From Candidatus Kaiserbacteria bacterium (GTDB taxonomy: Bacteria > Patescibacteriota > Minisyncoccia > Phycocordibacterales > Phycocordibacteraceae), in contig JACPGH010000006.1 in assembly GCA_016182485.1 (NCBI GenBank), positions 90,461 through 154,460 on the forward strand: a stretch of DNA of 64,000 nucleotides. Direction: 5' to 3'. The position numbers and the translations under genes are program-made. The notes beneath the pieces were generated by a model that saw nothing but the letters and a program-made list of their open reading frames with translations, had not been told where the DNA came from and searched no databases. Positions 27,545-37,063 of this stretch are shown in pieces. Position 1 is the first letter of the stretch, and the number at the start of each line of letters is the position of its first letter.

Positions 27545-29980
27545 ATGGGTAAACGACTTCTCATTGTCGAGTCGCCTACGAAGGCGCGCACTATCGGGCA
27601 CTACCTCGAAGGCAATTACGAGGTGGTGGCCTCGGTCGGCCACATCCGTGATTTGCCGAAAAGCAATAAGGACGCCGTCGATATCGAAGGCGGCTTCGTG
27701 CCGCGTTACGTCGTATCCGCTGAGAAGCGCGAGGTCATCGAGAGGATACGACGCGCTGCTGAGAAAGCTGAGGGGATCTATCTTGCGACTGACCCCGATC
27801 GGGAAGGAGAGGCCATCGCCTGGCACATCGCCCAAATCCTGAAAGAGGATTCGGGAAGCACGAAGCACGCGGCACGAAGCACGAAACCAATAAAGCGAGT
27901 AGTGTACTACGAGGTGACAAAGGAGGCGGTAAATGAGGCGCTCGCTCATCCGCGCGACATAGACCAAAATCTGCGGAAAGCGCAGGAGGCTCGGCGGGTG
28001 CTCGACCGCATCGTCGGCTACGATCTTTCCGGCCTGATCTGGAAGAAAGTGCGCTACGGCCTATCCGCGGGACGCGTACAGTCGCCGGCGCTGCGCATCC
28101 TCGCCGAGCGCGAGCGGGAAATCAAGGCTTTCATACCCGAGACGTATTTCGTACTGTCTGCCCTTTTCTCGACAAAAAATGGCGGGAAATTAGCGACAAC
28201 TTGCACCGAAGAACCGAGGACAAAAGAAGAAGCCGATCGAATCGTACAAGAGGGCAGAACCGCCTCGTGGAGCGTCGCGGACACGAAAGAAAAAGCCGAG
28301 GAGCGGAATCCGCGGCCTCCTTTCACGACCTCCACGCTCCAGCAGACGGCTTCGACGCGCCTCGGCTTCGCGCCCTCGCGTACGATGCGCGCCGCGCAGA
28401 AACTCTACGAAGCCGGACATATCACGTATATGCGTACCGACTCGGTGAATCTGGCGCAAGACGCGGTCGCGAGGATGGCCGGCGTTATCGAGAAGCAATT
28501 CGGCAAGGAATACTTACACGTGCGCGCGTATAAGACGACGAGCAAGAACGCCCAGGAAGCGCATGAGGCCATCCGGCCGACCGACCCGGATAAATCGAGT
28601 GCGGGCGCCACGCCCGATGAAGTCGCGCTCTATAAGCTGATCCGCGCGCGCGCGCTCGCCTCGCAGATGAGCGCGGCGCGGCTTCTGCGCACGACAGTCG
28701 CGGCAAAAGCTAACGTAGACATTCCTCTGTTCACCGCGAGCGGCGCGCGCACGCTCTTCCCGGGTTGGCTCGCCCTTGATACTGCGGCGAAGGGAGAGGA
28801 TGTCGAATTGCCGAAGCTCTCCGTCGGGGAATCCCTTGACCTGCTCTCGCTCAGCGGGCAGGAGAAGCAGACCGAGCCGCCGAACCGTTATACCGAAGCG
28901 GGCCTCATCCGGGAGCTCGAGAAACGCGGCATCGGCCGGCCGTCCACCTATGCCTCGATAATGAAAACGATCGTAGACCGCGGATACGTCGAGAAGAACG
29001 GCCGCACGCTCGTGCCGACTGCGACCGGTATGGTGGTCTCCGGCTGGCTCGAAGAGCACTTTCCGACGTACGTGAGCGACACGTTCACCGCCGAGATGGA
29101 AGAAGAGCTCGACGAGATAGCGCGCGGCGAACGCGGGTATACCGAGACTCTCGCCGCGTTCTACGCTCCCTTTGAAAAGGCGATCCGCGCGAAAGACAAA
29201 CTTCCGAAGGCCACGTCGCTCGGCGACGTTCCGCCCGAATTCCCGTGCCCGGTCTGCGGCGGGCCGATGGAATACAAACTCGGACGCGGCGGCGTCTTTA
29301 TGAGTTGCAAGAAATATCCGAAATGTCTTGGCGCGCGGACCGAAAATGGGGCGGAATTGAAAGGCGATGAGCCGCTCGGCAATGACCCCAAGACCGGCGC
29401 GCCGATCTATGTGAAGACAGGCAGATTCGGACCGTACGTAGAGATGCTGTGGCCCTCCGGAGCTTCAGCGGAGGGGGCGCAAGGTAATGAACAACCCCAC
29501 TCCGCCAAGGCTCCGCGGGGTGGCGGCAAACGTGGCAGACCACGAATAGCCGCCAAACGAGTCAGCCTGCCGCCAGGTACCGACGTCGCGCAGGTCTCTC
29601 TCGCAGACGCGCTCAAGTATCTCTCTCTCCCCCGCGAACTGGGCATACATCCATCGACCGGCAAACCGGTCACGGCATCCGTCGGCCGATTCGGACCGTA
29701 TGTCGGATCGGACGGCGAATTTCGCTCGATCAAAATCGGGGATCCGTATACGATCTCTCTAGACGAGGCGCTCACGCTCTTGGCTCAGCCCAAACGGCAA
29801 TCCCGCGGCGTCGCGATCGTTCGCGAGCTCGGGAAACACCCGAAAAGCGGCAAGACCGTTACTCTCTATAAATCCAAACAGGGATATTTCCTGAAGAAGG
29901 GATTACGCCGCATTTATCTGCCCGAGTCGGTGCCGGTAGACTCGCTTACGAGCGCCGAAGCCGCCGAATACCTCAAATAA
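27545..29980 (+). CDS. topA: DNA topoisomerase I
   Basis: IVESPTKA, ATDPDREGEAIAWH, SAGRVQS, ITYMRTDS, Zn ribbon and C-terminal GRFGPY repeats. Confidence 0.97.
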   Translation: MGKRLLIVESPTKARTIGHYLEGNYEVVASVGHIRDLPKSNKDAVDIEGGFVPRYVVSAEKREVIERIRRAAEKAEGIYLATDPDREGEAIAWHIAQILKEDSGSTKHAARSTKPIKRVVYYEVTKEAVNEALAHPRDIDQNLRKAQEARRVLDRIVGYDLSGLIWKKVRYGLSAGRVQSPALRILAEREREIKAFIPETYFVLSALFSTKNGGKLATTCTEEPRTKEEADRIVQEGRTASWSVADTKEKAEERNPRPPFTTSTLQQTASTRLGFAPSRTMRAAQKLYEAGHITYMRTDSVNLAQDAVARMAGVIEKQFGKEYLHVRAYKTTSKNAQEAHEAIRPTDPDKSSAGATPDEVALYKLIRARALASQMSAARLLRTTVAAKANVDIPLFTASGARTLFPGWLALDTAAKGEDVELPKLSVGESLDLLSLSGQEKQTEPPNRYTEAGLIRELEKRGIGRPSTYASIMKTIVDRGYVEKNGRTLVPTATGMVVSGWLEEHFPTYVSDTFTAEMEEELDEIARGERGYTETLAAFYAPFEKAIRAKDKLPKATSLGDVPPEFPCPVCGGPMEYKLGRGGVFMSCKKYPKCLGARTENGAELKGDEPLGNDPKTGAPIYVKTGRFGPYVEMLWPSGASAEGAQGNEQPHSAKAPRGGGKRGRPRIAAKRVSLPPGTDVAQVSLADALKYLSLPRELGIHPSTGKPVTASVGRFGPYVGSDGEFRSIKIGDPYTISLDEALTLLAQPKRQSRGVAIVRELGKHPKSGKTVTLYKSKQGYFLKKGLRRIYLPESVPVDSLTSAEAAEYLK

Positions 29981-30005
29981 GACCGCCGGTGTATAGTATC
30001 TGTCT

Positions 30006-31586
30006 ATGACTACCGTCAAAGAAATCCTTGACGCGATGTCAAACCCTTCCGACGAGGACAAGGCGCTCGTCGAGAAGGCGTACGAATATTCTAAAAAGGC
30101 GCACGACGGGCAGGAGCGCTACTCCGGCGAGCCGTATTTTATCCACCCCGCAGGCGCGGCCAAGGCGCTCGCCGAATACGACATGGACGCCGTCTCCATA
30201 GCGGCGGGACTCCTCCATGACGCGGTAGAGGACGGACGAGCCACGCGGGAGGATATCGAGAAGGAGTTCGGGAAGGAGGTGCTCTTCATCGTCGACGGAG
30301 TCACCAAGCTCGGCAAGCACCGCTATCACGGAGCCGAGCGGCACGCGGAGAGCCTGCGGCGGCTCCTAGTCGCCACGGCAAGCGACATTCGAGTGCTTAT
30401 CGTGAAGCTCGCTGATCGCTACCACAATATGCGCACCCTGGACCACGTGCCGGAGCCGAAGCGCAGACGCATCGCGCTCGAAACGCTCGAGATATACGCG
30501 CCGATCGCGGACCGCCTCGGCATGGGAAAGATGCGAAGCGGCTTGGAAGACCTCGCTTTCCCCTACGTCGACCCGGACGCCGCGCACCACACCGCCGAAC
30601 TGCGCAAGCTGAAGACGAAGGAAACTGAGGTGAGTCTCACCAATGTGCAAAAGGAGCTGAAGCACGAGCTAGCCAAAAAAGGGATTACGACGTTCCGAAG
30701 CGATATCCGCATGAAGGGCCTCTGGAGCCTGCACAAGAAGCTGAGGCGCAAGCAGGATGACATCAACCAGATCCACGACATCGCCGCGCTGCGTATTATC
30801 GTCCCATCGATCGAGGACTGCTATTCGACCCTGGGCATCGTGCATTCTCTCTACCGGCCCTTGCCTGGCGAATTCAAGGATTACATCGCGTTCCCGAAGC
30901 CGAACGGCTACCAATCGCTGCACACCACGGTAGTAACGCATGACGCGGGAATTGTAGAGATACAGATCCGTTCCGAGGCGATGCATCGCGAAGCGGAATT
31001 CGGCATTGCGTCGCACATGTCCTACAAACAGCTCGGTAAGGGCGTGGAGAAGCTCGACAAGCAGGCCCAAAAAAGCATGTTCTCCGCCCTCTCTTTGTCA
31101 TGGATACGCTCATTCATCCCCTCTCTGATGAAAGTTTCGAAAAAGGAGGGAGGCGAGACGCACGGGCCCGTGAAGATCCCGAACTGGCTCGAAGAGCTCG
31201 CCGCGGCGCACAACGAGGTGGCTAACTCCAAGGAATTCGTGGAGGGTCTTAAGGAGGACTTCTTCTCGCATCGCGTGTTCGTCTTCACTCCGAAGGGCGA
31301 CGTGATAGACCTGCCGGTCGCCTCAACGCCGATCGATTTCGCCTACGCGATACACAGCGACCTCGGCAACCATCTCTCGGGCGCGAAGGTGAACGGCAAG
31401 CTCGTTTCCTTCGAAAGCACGCTCGGCAACGGAGATGTCGTAGAGATTATCCGGAAAGATTCCGCGCGGCCGACCAAAAAATGGCTCGAGATCGCCCGCA
31501 CATCGCTCGCGCGCCGCCATATCCGCACCGCTCTCGGCATGGGAGAAAACGAAAAATCTCCCTCCCGCAAGAATTTCAAAAAATAA
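30006..31586 (+). CDS. relA: RelA/SpoT (p)ppGpp synthetase/hydrolase (HD-SYNTH-TGS, no ACT)
   Basis: GEPYFIHP, LLHDAVED, KLADRYHN, KPNGYQSLHT, EIQIR, TPIDFAYAIH. Confidence 0.93.
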   Translation: MTTVKEILDAMSNPSDEDKALVEKAYEYSKKAHDGQERYSGEPYFIHPAGAAKALAEYDMDAVSIAAGLLHDAVEDGRATREDIEKEFGKEVLFIVDGVTKLGKHRYHGAERHAESLRRLLVATASDIRVLIVKLADRYHNMRTLDHVPEPKRRRIALETLEIYAPIADRLGMGKMRSGLEDLAFPYVDPDAAHHTAELRKLKTKETEVSLTNVQKELKHELAKKGITTFRSDIRMKGLWSLHKKLRRKQDDINQIHDIAALRIIVPSIEDCYSTLGIVHSLYRPLPGEFKDYIAFPKPNGYQSLHTTVVTHDAGIVEIQIRSEAMHREAEFGIASHMSYKQLGKGVEKLDKQAQKSMFSALSLSWIRSFIPSLMKVSKKEGGETHGPVKIPNWLEELAAAHNEVANSKEFVEGLKEDFFSHRVFVFTPKGDVIDLPVASTPIDFAYAIHSDLGNHLSGAKVNGKLVSFESTLGNGDVVEIIRKDSARPTKKWLEIARTSLARRHIRTALGMGENEKSPSRKNFKK

Positions 31587-31589
31587 TTT

Positions 31590-32588
31590 TCAGACCGAAA
31601 AATTGCTGACGGAGTAAAGCTCGTCGTCGGTCGGTTCTTCGGGCGCGGCGCGAGCGATCGGATCGTCGAGCTGCGTAGTGTTGGGATGCACGGGAAATTC
31701 GGCCGCAGAATGCCCCTCCCCTTCTGTCTGCTGACCTTCGGCGAGAAGCCGTTGCGTAGTCAACGATTCAACTAGGAACGTAAGGTCTTCGGGCGAGAAG
31801 AAGTCGATCAGGAGACGTCCGCCCTCGGCGTTAGTCTCGATGATGACGCGCGTGCCGAGCGTATCGGTCAATGATTTCTCTAGCTCGACCAGCTCGGGCG
31901 TCTTGCGGTGATACTTGCGCACGCGCTCCTGCGCAATAGATCGCGCGATGCGCTCGGCGGCGCGCACCGAAAGCCGCTTGAGAGTGATCTCCTTGAAAAG
32001 CGTCTCGCGCTGTTCGGGCCGCTCATTGAGCGCGAGCAGGGTGCGCGCGTGGCCCTCGGAAATCTCCTTATCTACCACGGCCTGCTGCATGTGCTCCGGC
32101 AGAGACAGGAGGCGCAAGCTGTTCGAGATGAATTCACGGCTTCGGCCTATCTTGGACGCGGCCTCGCCATGCGTGATCCCGAATTCGTCGATCAGTTTCT
32201 GGAGCGCTCTCGCCCGGTCGATAGCATTCAGATCCTCCCGCTGGAGGTTTTCTATGATGGCGAGCTCTAGCTTAGTGAGATTGCTTTCTCCGTGACGAAT
32301 TACGGCTGGCACTTGGGTCAACCCGGCTAGCTTGCTCGCCCGTAGACGCCGCTCCCCGGCGATAAGCTCGTACTCGCTCTCGAGGCCGCCGCCGGGCTTC
32401 TCCACATCTTTCCTGCTCACTACCAACGGCTGAAGCACGCCATACTGCCGAATGCTCTCTGCGAGCGAAGCGAGACCCGCCTCGCTGAATTCGCGGCGCG
32501 GCTGGTAGGGATTAGGCTTGATGCGCTCCACATCAATCCAAAAAATGGAGTCGTATTTGGTCGGCACGTAGCGGGCATCGTCCTGCAT
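31590..32588 (-). CDS. parB: ParB/Spo0J partition protein
   Basis: PNPYQPRREF, LIAGERR, IIENLQREDLN, HTH, ISEGHAR. Confidence 0.94.
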   Translation of the reverse strand: MQDDARYVPTKYDSIFWIDVERIKPNPYQPRREFSEAGLASLAESIRQYGVLQPLVVSRKDVEKPGGGLESEYELIAGERRLRASKLAGLTQVPAVIRHGESNLTKLELAIIENLQREDLNAIDRARALQKLIDEFGITHGEAASKIGRSREFISNSLRLLSLPEHMQQAVVDKEISEGHARTLLALNERPEQRETLFKEITLKRLSVRAAERIARSIAQERVRKYHRKTPELVELEKSLTDTLGTRVIIETNAEGGRLLIDFFSPEDLTFLVESLTTQRLLAEGQQTEGEGHSAAEFPVHPNTTQLDDPIARAAPEEPTDDELYSVSNFSV

Positions 32589-32655
32589 CACATGCATTTT
32601 AACATGATGAAAATTGGAGGGCGAGATGGTAGTGTACATACTGACCGTACAAAAC

Positions 32656-32740
32656 GCTGGAGTGGCGGAATTGGTATACGCGCACGACTCAAAATCGTGT
32701 CCCGCAAGGGTTGTGGGTTCGACTCCCACCTCCAGCACCA
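32656..32740 (+). tRNA. tRNA-Leu (CAA)
   Basis: GCTGGAG/CTCCAGC acceptor, CT-CAA-AA loop, variable arm, GGTTCGACTCC, 3' CCA. Confidence 0.96.
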
Positions 32741-32749
32741 GCGTTTTGT

Positions 32750-32850
32750 GCTGGGGCGCAACGGATTCCCCGTAAAAAGCGGACTTTAAACGGGGCGGGC
32801 AAAACCCATCGCCGCAAGGCATGAGAGTTCGATTCTCTCTCCCGGCACTA
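32750..32850 (+). pseudogene. Leu-type tRNA disrupted by a palindromic element
   Basis: Acceptor GCTGGGG/TCCCGGC, variable arm GCC-GCAA-GGC and T-arm GAGAG-TTCGATT-CTCTC intact; D-arm region holds CCCCGTAAAAAG-CGGA-CTTTAAACGGGG. Confidence 0.7.
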
Positions 32851-32872
32851 GCTTCTAAAGTCGTAACAATAC

Positions 32873-32916
32873 CGGGCGTACCAAAATCGTCCTATAGGAC
32901 GGATTTGGTACGCCCG
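32873..32916. repeat. CGTACCAA...CCTATAGG...TTGGTACG hairpin element, intergenic copy
   Basis: Near-identical copy in-frame in dus at 22236-22275. Confidence 0.88.
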
Positions 32917-32972
32917 TCCTCTAGCCCAAAGCAACCACTTAACTTTTGCGCGGTTCTTGCTACCATACTCGC

Positions 32973-33068
32973 ATGCTGAAACGAATATTTGCCACGGCTA
33001 TTGTCCTTTTGCTCGCCCTCGGGATGATAGGCCTGTTCTTCCCTACTCTCGTCGGAGGTCAGTATTAA
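32973..33068 (+). CDS. 31-aa single-TM small protein (absent from ORF track)
   Basis: MLKRIFATAIVLLLALGMIGLFFPTLVGGQY*; TGC-TACCAT extended -10 six nt upstream. Confidence 0.65.
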   Translation: MLKRIFATAIVLLLALGMIGLFFPTLVGGQY

Positions 33069-33249
33069 TAGCGCAAATCGCGCGAGTGCCGTACAGAGAT
33101 CTGGGTATTCATTATCCACACTTGCGCATAACTGGCATTTCTGTCATACTTGCGCCACTCGCAGAGTATTCGAGCTTCTTCAACCCTTCGATTTACTCAG
33201 GGCAAGCAAGCGTTCAGTTTCGGCGAGGTTAATCGTTCAAAAATCCACA

Positions 33250-33621
33250 ATGGATCAAGCATCAGTCCAGGGGAACAAGCTCTATGTGGGCGGCATCCCC
33301 TACCGCTCGACGGAAGACGATCTCAAGAAGGCCTTTAGCGAGGCCGGTACGGTCGTGTCCGCGAGCATTATCAGCGATCGTATGACCGGTCGTTCGCGCG
33401 GCTTCGGCTTCGTCGAAATGGCGAGCGAGGCGGAAGCGCAGGCGGCTATCGATCGTCTCGATGGCAAGGAGTTCGACGGGCGCACGCTCTCGGTCTCCTT
33501 CGCCCGCCCGCAAGGCGAGCGCCCGGCCCGTCGCGAAGGCGGCTTCGGCGGTAACCGTGGCGGCTTCGGCGGCGGCCGCGGCGGCTACGGCGGCGGCTAC
33601 AGTGATCGCGGCGGCTACTAA
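33250..33621 (+). CDS. Glycine-rich RRM RNA-binding protein
   Basis: RNP2 LYVGGI, RNP1 RGFGFVEM, RGG tail. Confidence 0.96.
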   Translation: MDQASVQGNKLYVGGIPYRSTEDDLKKAFSEAGTVVSASIISDRMTGRSRGFGFVEMASEAEAQAAIDRLDGKEFDGRTLSVSFARPQGERPARREGGFGGNRGGFGGGRGGYGGGYSDRGGY

Positions 33622-33634
33622 TTTCGCATCTCGC

Positions 33635-33673
33635 TTGCAAGACGCCCGCGCCTCCGGCGCGGGCGTCTTGCAA
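33635..33673 (+). terminator. 18-bp-stem hairpin after RRM gene
   Basis: TTGCAAGACGCCCGCGCC-TCC-GGCGCGGGCGTCTTGCAA. Confidence 0.75.
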
Positions 33674-33780
33674 TTACCTCCCCTTTGGAGAGCCTTCGCT
33701 TAGATAGTTCATAAAAGCTTAATCTTAGTTTCAGTAGCCTTTACTTTGGAGATGTTTATTCCTCACTGGGAGGTGTTCTT

Positions 33781-34413
33781 TTGACCGATTTGGGCGCGAA
33801 AGAGGCGAAGCTTGATGTGCGAACCCTTACGACCTGGGGCGGCAAGGAATTCATGGCGTTGCCGGAAGAGACGGTGCGTCTCCTGGGATGCCGGAGTTTC
33901 GAGCAGTTCTGCTCGACGCTCCGTGCTCTGCTAGACCCGGCGTTCTGCCCTTTCTGTCCCCGCCAGTACGATCCTGCCCTCGACCTAGCCCCACACCTTA
34001 GAGGCCGATGGTGGCTAAGGAAGAATGCTTTTCCACGGCCGGGTACGCAACACATGTCGCTCATTATTCCATGGGAACACGTCGAGGACATCCAGAAACT
34101 CACGGCAGAGGACTGGATATGGATAGGCCGGCTGTTCAGCTACGCAGTCGATAAGCTCGGTCTCCCAGGCGGAGGGCTCGCGTCACGTTTCGGCGATGCG
34201 CACTACCATTCCGGAACGATCCAGCATTTGCATTTCAATGTCATTGTTCCGGTGCCGGAGTCGGGGCAGGACTGCTTCGTGCCTCTTTCGGATAACCATG
34301 AGGTCCGCTTCGAGAGCCGCCTGTCCCTCTTTTTGCACGGAGAGGAACTTAAGCGGCGCGGCGGGCCTGACTGGCTCTTTTCAAAGGAGAGTATCGCCTC
34401 CACAAGAGTCTAG
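33781..34413 (+). CDS. Divergent HIT-like protein
   Basis: CPFC, NAFP, HMSLIIPWEH, TIQHLHFNV; GGGAGG SD, TTG start, hairpin 34434-34464. Confidence 0.7.
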   Translation: MTDLGAKEAKLDVRTLTTWGGKEFMALPEETVRLLGCRSFEQFCSTLRALLDPAFCPFCPRQYDPALDLAPHLRGRWWLRKNAFPRPGTQHMSLIIPWEHVEDIQKLTAEDWIWIGRLFSYAVDKLGLPGGGLASRFGDAHYHSGTIQHLHFNVIVPVPESGQDCFVPLSDNHEVRFESRLSLFLHGEELKRRGGPDWLFSKESIASTRV

Positions 34414-34511
34414 TTCCCCGCAGTTTTCGATTCAAGGGCGCCGACCTTCGGGTACGGCGCCCTTCCTTTTGGACCCTTTACATTTACCGCCAAATTATTC
34501 ATAATCAGCCT

Positions 34512-36551
34512 ATGGCACGCAGGACTGCCCTGGCCAGGCGCAACACGAAGGGCGGAGCTAAAAAATCCGAGCGTCTCCCCCAACAAAAGTATCGTCTAGC
34601 ACTTGATAACGCCTCCGACCATATCGTCATTACCGACCCGAACGGCAAGGTCGTTTTCGCCAACAAGGCGGTAGAGCGCGTTACCGGTTACTCGGTACGC
34701 GAAGTCGTCGGCAAGAAAGCCGGCAAGCTCTGGGGCGGACAGATGGGGCAGGATTTTTACAAGAAGCTATGGCACACTATCAAGAAACGCAAAAAGGTGT
34801 TCCGCGGCGAACTGGTGAACCGCAGGAAAAACGGCGAGCTGTACACCGCGCAAGCCACGATTTCTCCGGTCTTGAATGGAAAGAGTGAGGTACTTTTTTT
34901 CATCGGCGTCGAACGCGACATTACCGAATCGAAAAAGTACCTGAATAAGATCCGAGCTCATGCGGAGCAGTTAAAGAAAGGGAAAGCCAGGACCGACGCG
35001 CTCAATCAAGAACTTGAGAAATTCCGCGTCGCTCTTGAGCATACGTCCGATCACGTTACGATCATCAACCCGAGAGGCGCTATCGTGTACGCAAACCAGG
35101 CGGTCAAGCGCATTACCGGGTACTCAAAAGAGGAAGTCATGGGGAAGAAACCGGGCGATCTCTGGGGCCGTGAGCTGGGTCAATCCTTCTACAGCGGCAT
35201 ATGGGAAACGATTACCAAGGATAAAAAACCATTCCAGGGCGAAGTCGTGAACCGACGCAAGAACGGCGAGCTTTATGAAGCGCGCGTCACGATCGTGCCG
35301 GTACTTGATGAGGAGGAGCGGATCCTTTTTTTCATCCGCACCGAGTCCGACGTGAGCGATCTGAAGAAATATGCCCGGCGGCTCGAGGAGGGGAAGGCTC
35401 TGGATGACGCCCTTCTCCTCTCTATCGTGGACGGCATTCTCGTGACCGATATGACCGGCAAGATCATCTTCGTGAATGAGGCCTTGAACACGCTCACCGG
35501 CCTCGCCCCGAGAGAGCTGATCGGCTACAATTTATACGAAACCATACCGCTCTACTTTGCCAACGGGACGCGGGTTCCGAAAGACACGCGACCGATATAC
35601 ATAGCCTTGAATGCGGCGATACATAAGCAAAAACCGGTCTTCGATACGGATACCTGCTATGTTCTCAATCGGGAAACCGGGCGTAAAATCCCGCTCGACA
35701 TACGGGCTGCTCCCTTTCTTCTTCATAAAAAAATACACGGAGCCGTAGCGGTGTGGCGTGATATCACGCGCATCGTCGAGATGGATCGCGCCAAGAACGA
35801 GTTCATCTCCTTCGCGTCCCATCAGCTGCGCACGCCGCTCACGAGCGTGCGGCTTGCTATCGACATGCTCATGCATTCGGATCCACTCGCGAAGGATCAA
35901 GAGAAGTATCTGCGCATAGCCCGGAGCGGCGTGAGAGAGATGATCGACATTATAGAATCTCTGCTAAATATTTCCCGGATCCAGATGGGCACGCTCGTAG
36001 TGAATCCCGAGCCGGTCAGCCTTTCAAAATTCATCGACAAAATACTTCAGGAAATGGCCCTCCCGCTCAGGAAGAAGCAAGTATCGGTAAAGCGAACGTA
36101 TGCGAAGGATATTCCGCTCCTCAACATAGACCAGCGCCTGATGAAGATAGTTCTTGAAAATCTTATCTCGAACGCGGTCAAATTCAGCCCGCCGAAGAGC
36201 ATTATAGCTATTGATATCAGCAAGAACGGGGACGAGGTTTTAATCGGCATCTCCGATATGGGGATCGGTATCCCGAAGGATCAACAGCCCAAGATCTTCG
36301 AGCGGCTCTTCCGCGCTCACCCGGAAGTAAAAGGAACCGGAATAGGCTTGTATATGGTTAAAATGGCGGTCGAGCAATACGGCGGCCGCGTGTGGTTCGA
36401 ATCCCCTTCTTCGCGGGCTTTCCCCAATCATCGGCCTAACAAGAGCCAGAAGAATCAGGGGACGACATTTTACGTCACTATCCCTTTACGGGGCATGGAG
36501 ACTCGCGACAAGAAGCGCGGTACGCCCTTCTATGCCTCCGGCGAGATTTGA
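34512..36551 (+). CDS. Cytoplasmic triple-PAS sensor histidine kinase
   Basis: Three PAS domains, ASHQLRTPL, NLISNAVKF, DMGIGI, GTGIGL. Confidence 0.95.
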   Translation: MARRTALARRNTKGGAKKSERLPQQKYRLALDNASDHIVITDPNGKVVFANKAVERVTGYSVREVVGKKAGKLWGGQMGQDFYKKLWHTIKKRKKVFRGELVNRRKNGELYTAQATISPVLNGKSEVLFFIGVERDITESKKYLNKIRAHAEQLKKGKARTDALNQELEKFRVALEHTSDHVTIINPRGAIVYANQAVKRITGYSKEEVMGKKPGDLWGRELGQSFYSGIWETITKDKKPFQGEVVNRRKNGELYEARVTIVPVLDEEERILFFIRTESDVSDLKKYARRLEEGKALDDALLLSIVDGILVTDMTGKIIFVNEALNTLTGLAPRELIGYNLYETIPLYFANGTRVPKDTRPIYIALNAAIHKQKPVFDTDTCYVLNRETGRKIPLDIRAAPFLLHKKIHGAVAVWRDITRIVEMDRAKNEFISFASHQLRTPLTSVRLAIDMLMHSDPLAKDQEKYLRIARSGVREMIDIIESLLNISRIQMGTLVVNPEPVSLSKFIDKILQEMALPLRKKQVSVKRTYAKDIPLLNIDQRLMKIVLENLISNAVKFSPPKSIIAIDISKNGDEVLIGISDMGIGIPKDQQPKIFERLFRAHPEVKGTGIGLYMVKMAVEQYGGRVWFESPSSRAFPNHRPNKSQKNQGTTFYVTIPLRGMETRDKKRGTPFYASGEI

Positions 36552-37048
36552 AAAACATGATTATTCCCGCACATCGATTAGGAGACGTACGGCGGCGGCA
36601 TGCGGGCGAGACCATAGTCTTCGCTAACGGCATCTTCGACCTTTTTCATCTCGGCCATCTGCTATTTCTACAGCAAGCGCGCCGCTTGGGAGATGTACTT
36701 GTAGTGAACGTCCTCGCCGACAAGCACGCCGCGCATTTGAAGGGAGTGAACCGCCCCATAATGAACCAGCGAGAGCGGGTAGCGTTCATCGATGCCCTCG
36801 GGCTCGCAGATTATGTCGTGCGCAGTTCGACCTCCAGAGAAACCCCTTTCCATCCCGCGCAGGATATAAAGCGACTCAAGCCGGACGTCTTCGCCTCACG
36901 ACCCGATATTTTTATCCCGCACACTGCTGCCGAGTATTACAATGAGATAAAGCGTTTTAGTCCGAAAACAAGGTTCGTCGCAATTCCCGAGACGCGCAGC
37001 ATCTCGACTTCGAAAATCATCGCTCGTATCTTGAAACGCGAGCGCTAA
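36548..37048 (+). CDS. Cytidylyl/adenylyltransferase (RfaE domain II / TagD-like)
   Basis: NGIFDLFHLGH, KGVNRPI, ISTSKII. Confidence 0.9.
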   Translation: MKNMIIPAHRLGDVRRRHAGETIVFANGIFDLFHLGHLLFLQQARRLGDVLVVNVLADKHAAHLKGVNRPIMNQRERVAFIDALGLADYVVRSSTSRETPFHPAQDIKRLKPDVFASRPDIFIPHTAAEYYNEIKRFSPKTRFVAIPETRSISTSKIIARILKRER

Positions 37049-37063
37049 AGAAAAGTGCGTCTG

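Noticed and set aside
31590-32822. 410-aa ParB with long N-terminal extension
   Set aside because: The extension runs antisense through the tRNA genes; the real start is near 32588
33112-33120. Perfect DnaA box TTATCCACA
   Set aside because: Single copy with no cluster or adjacent dnaA; not evidence for oriC
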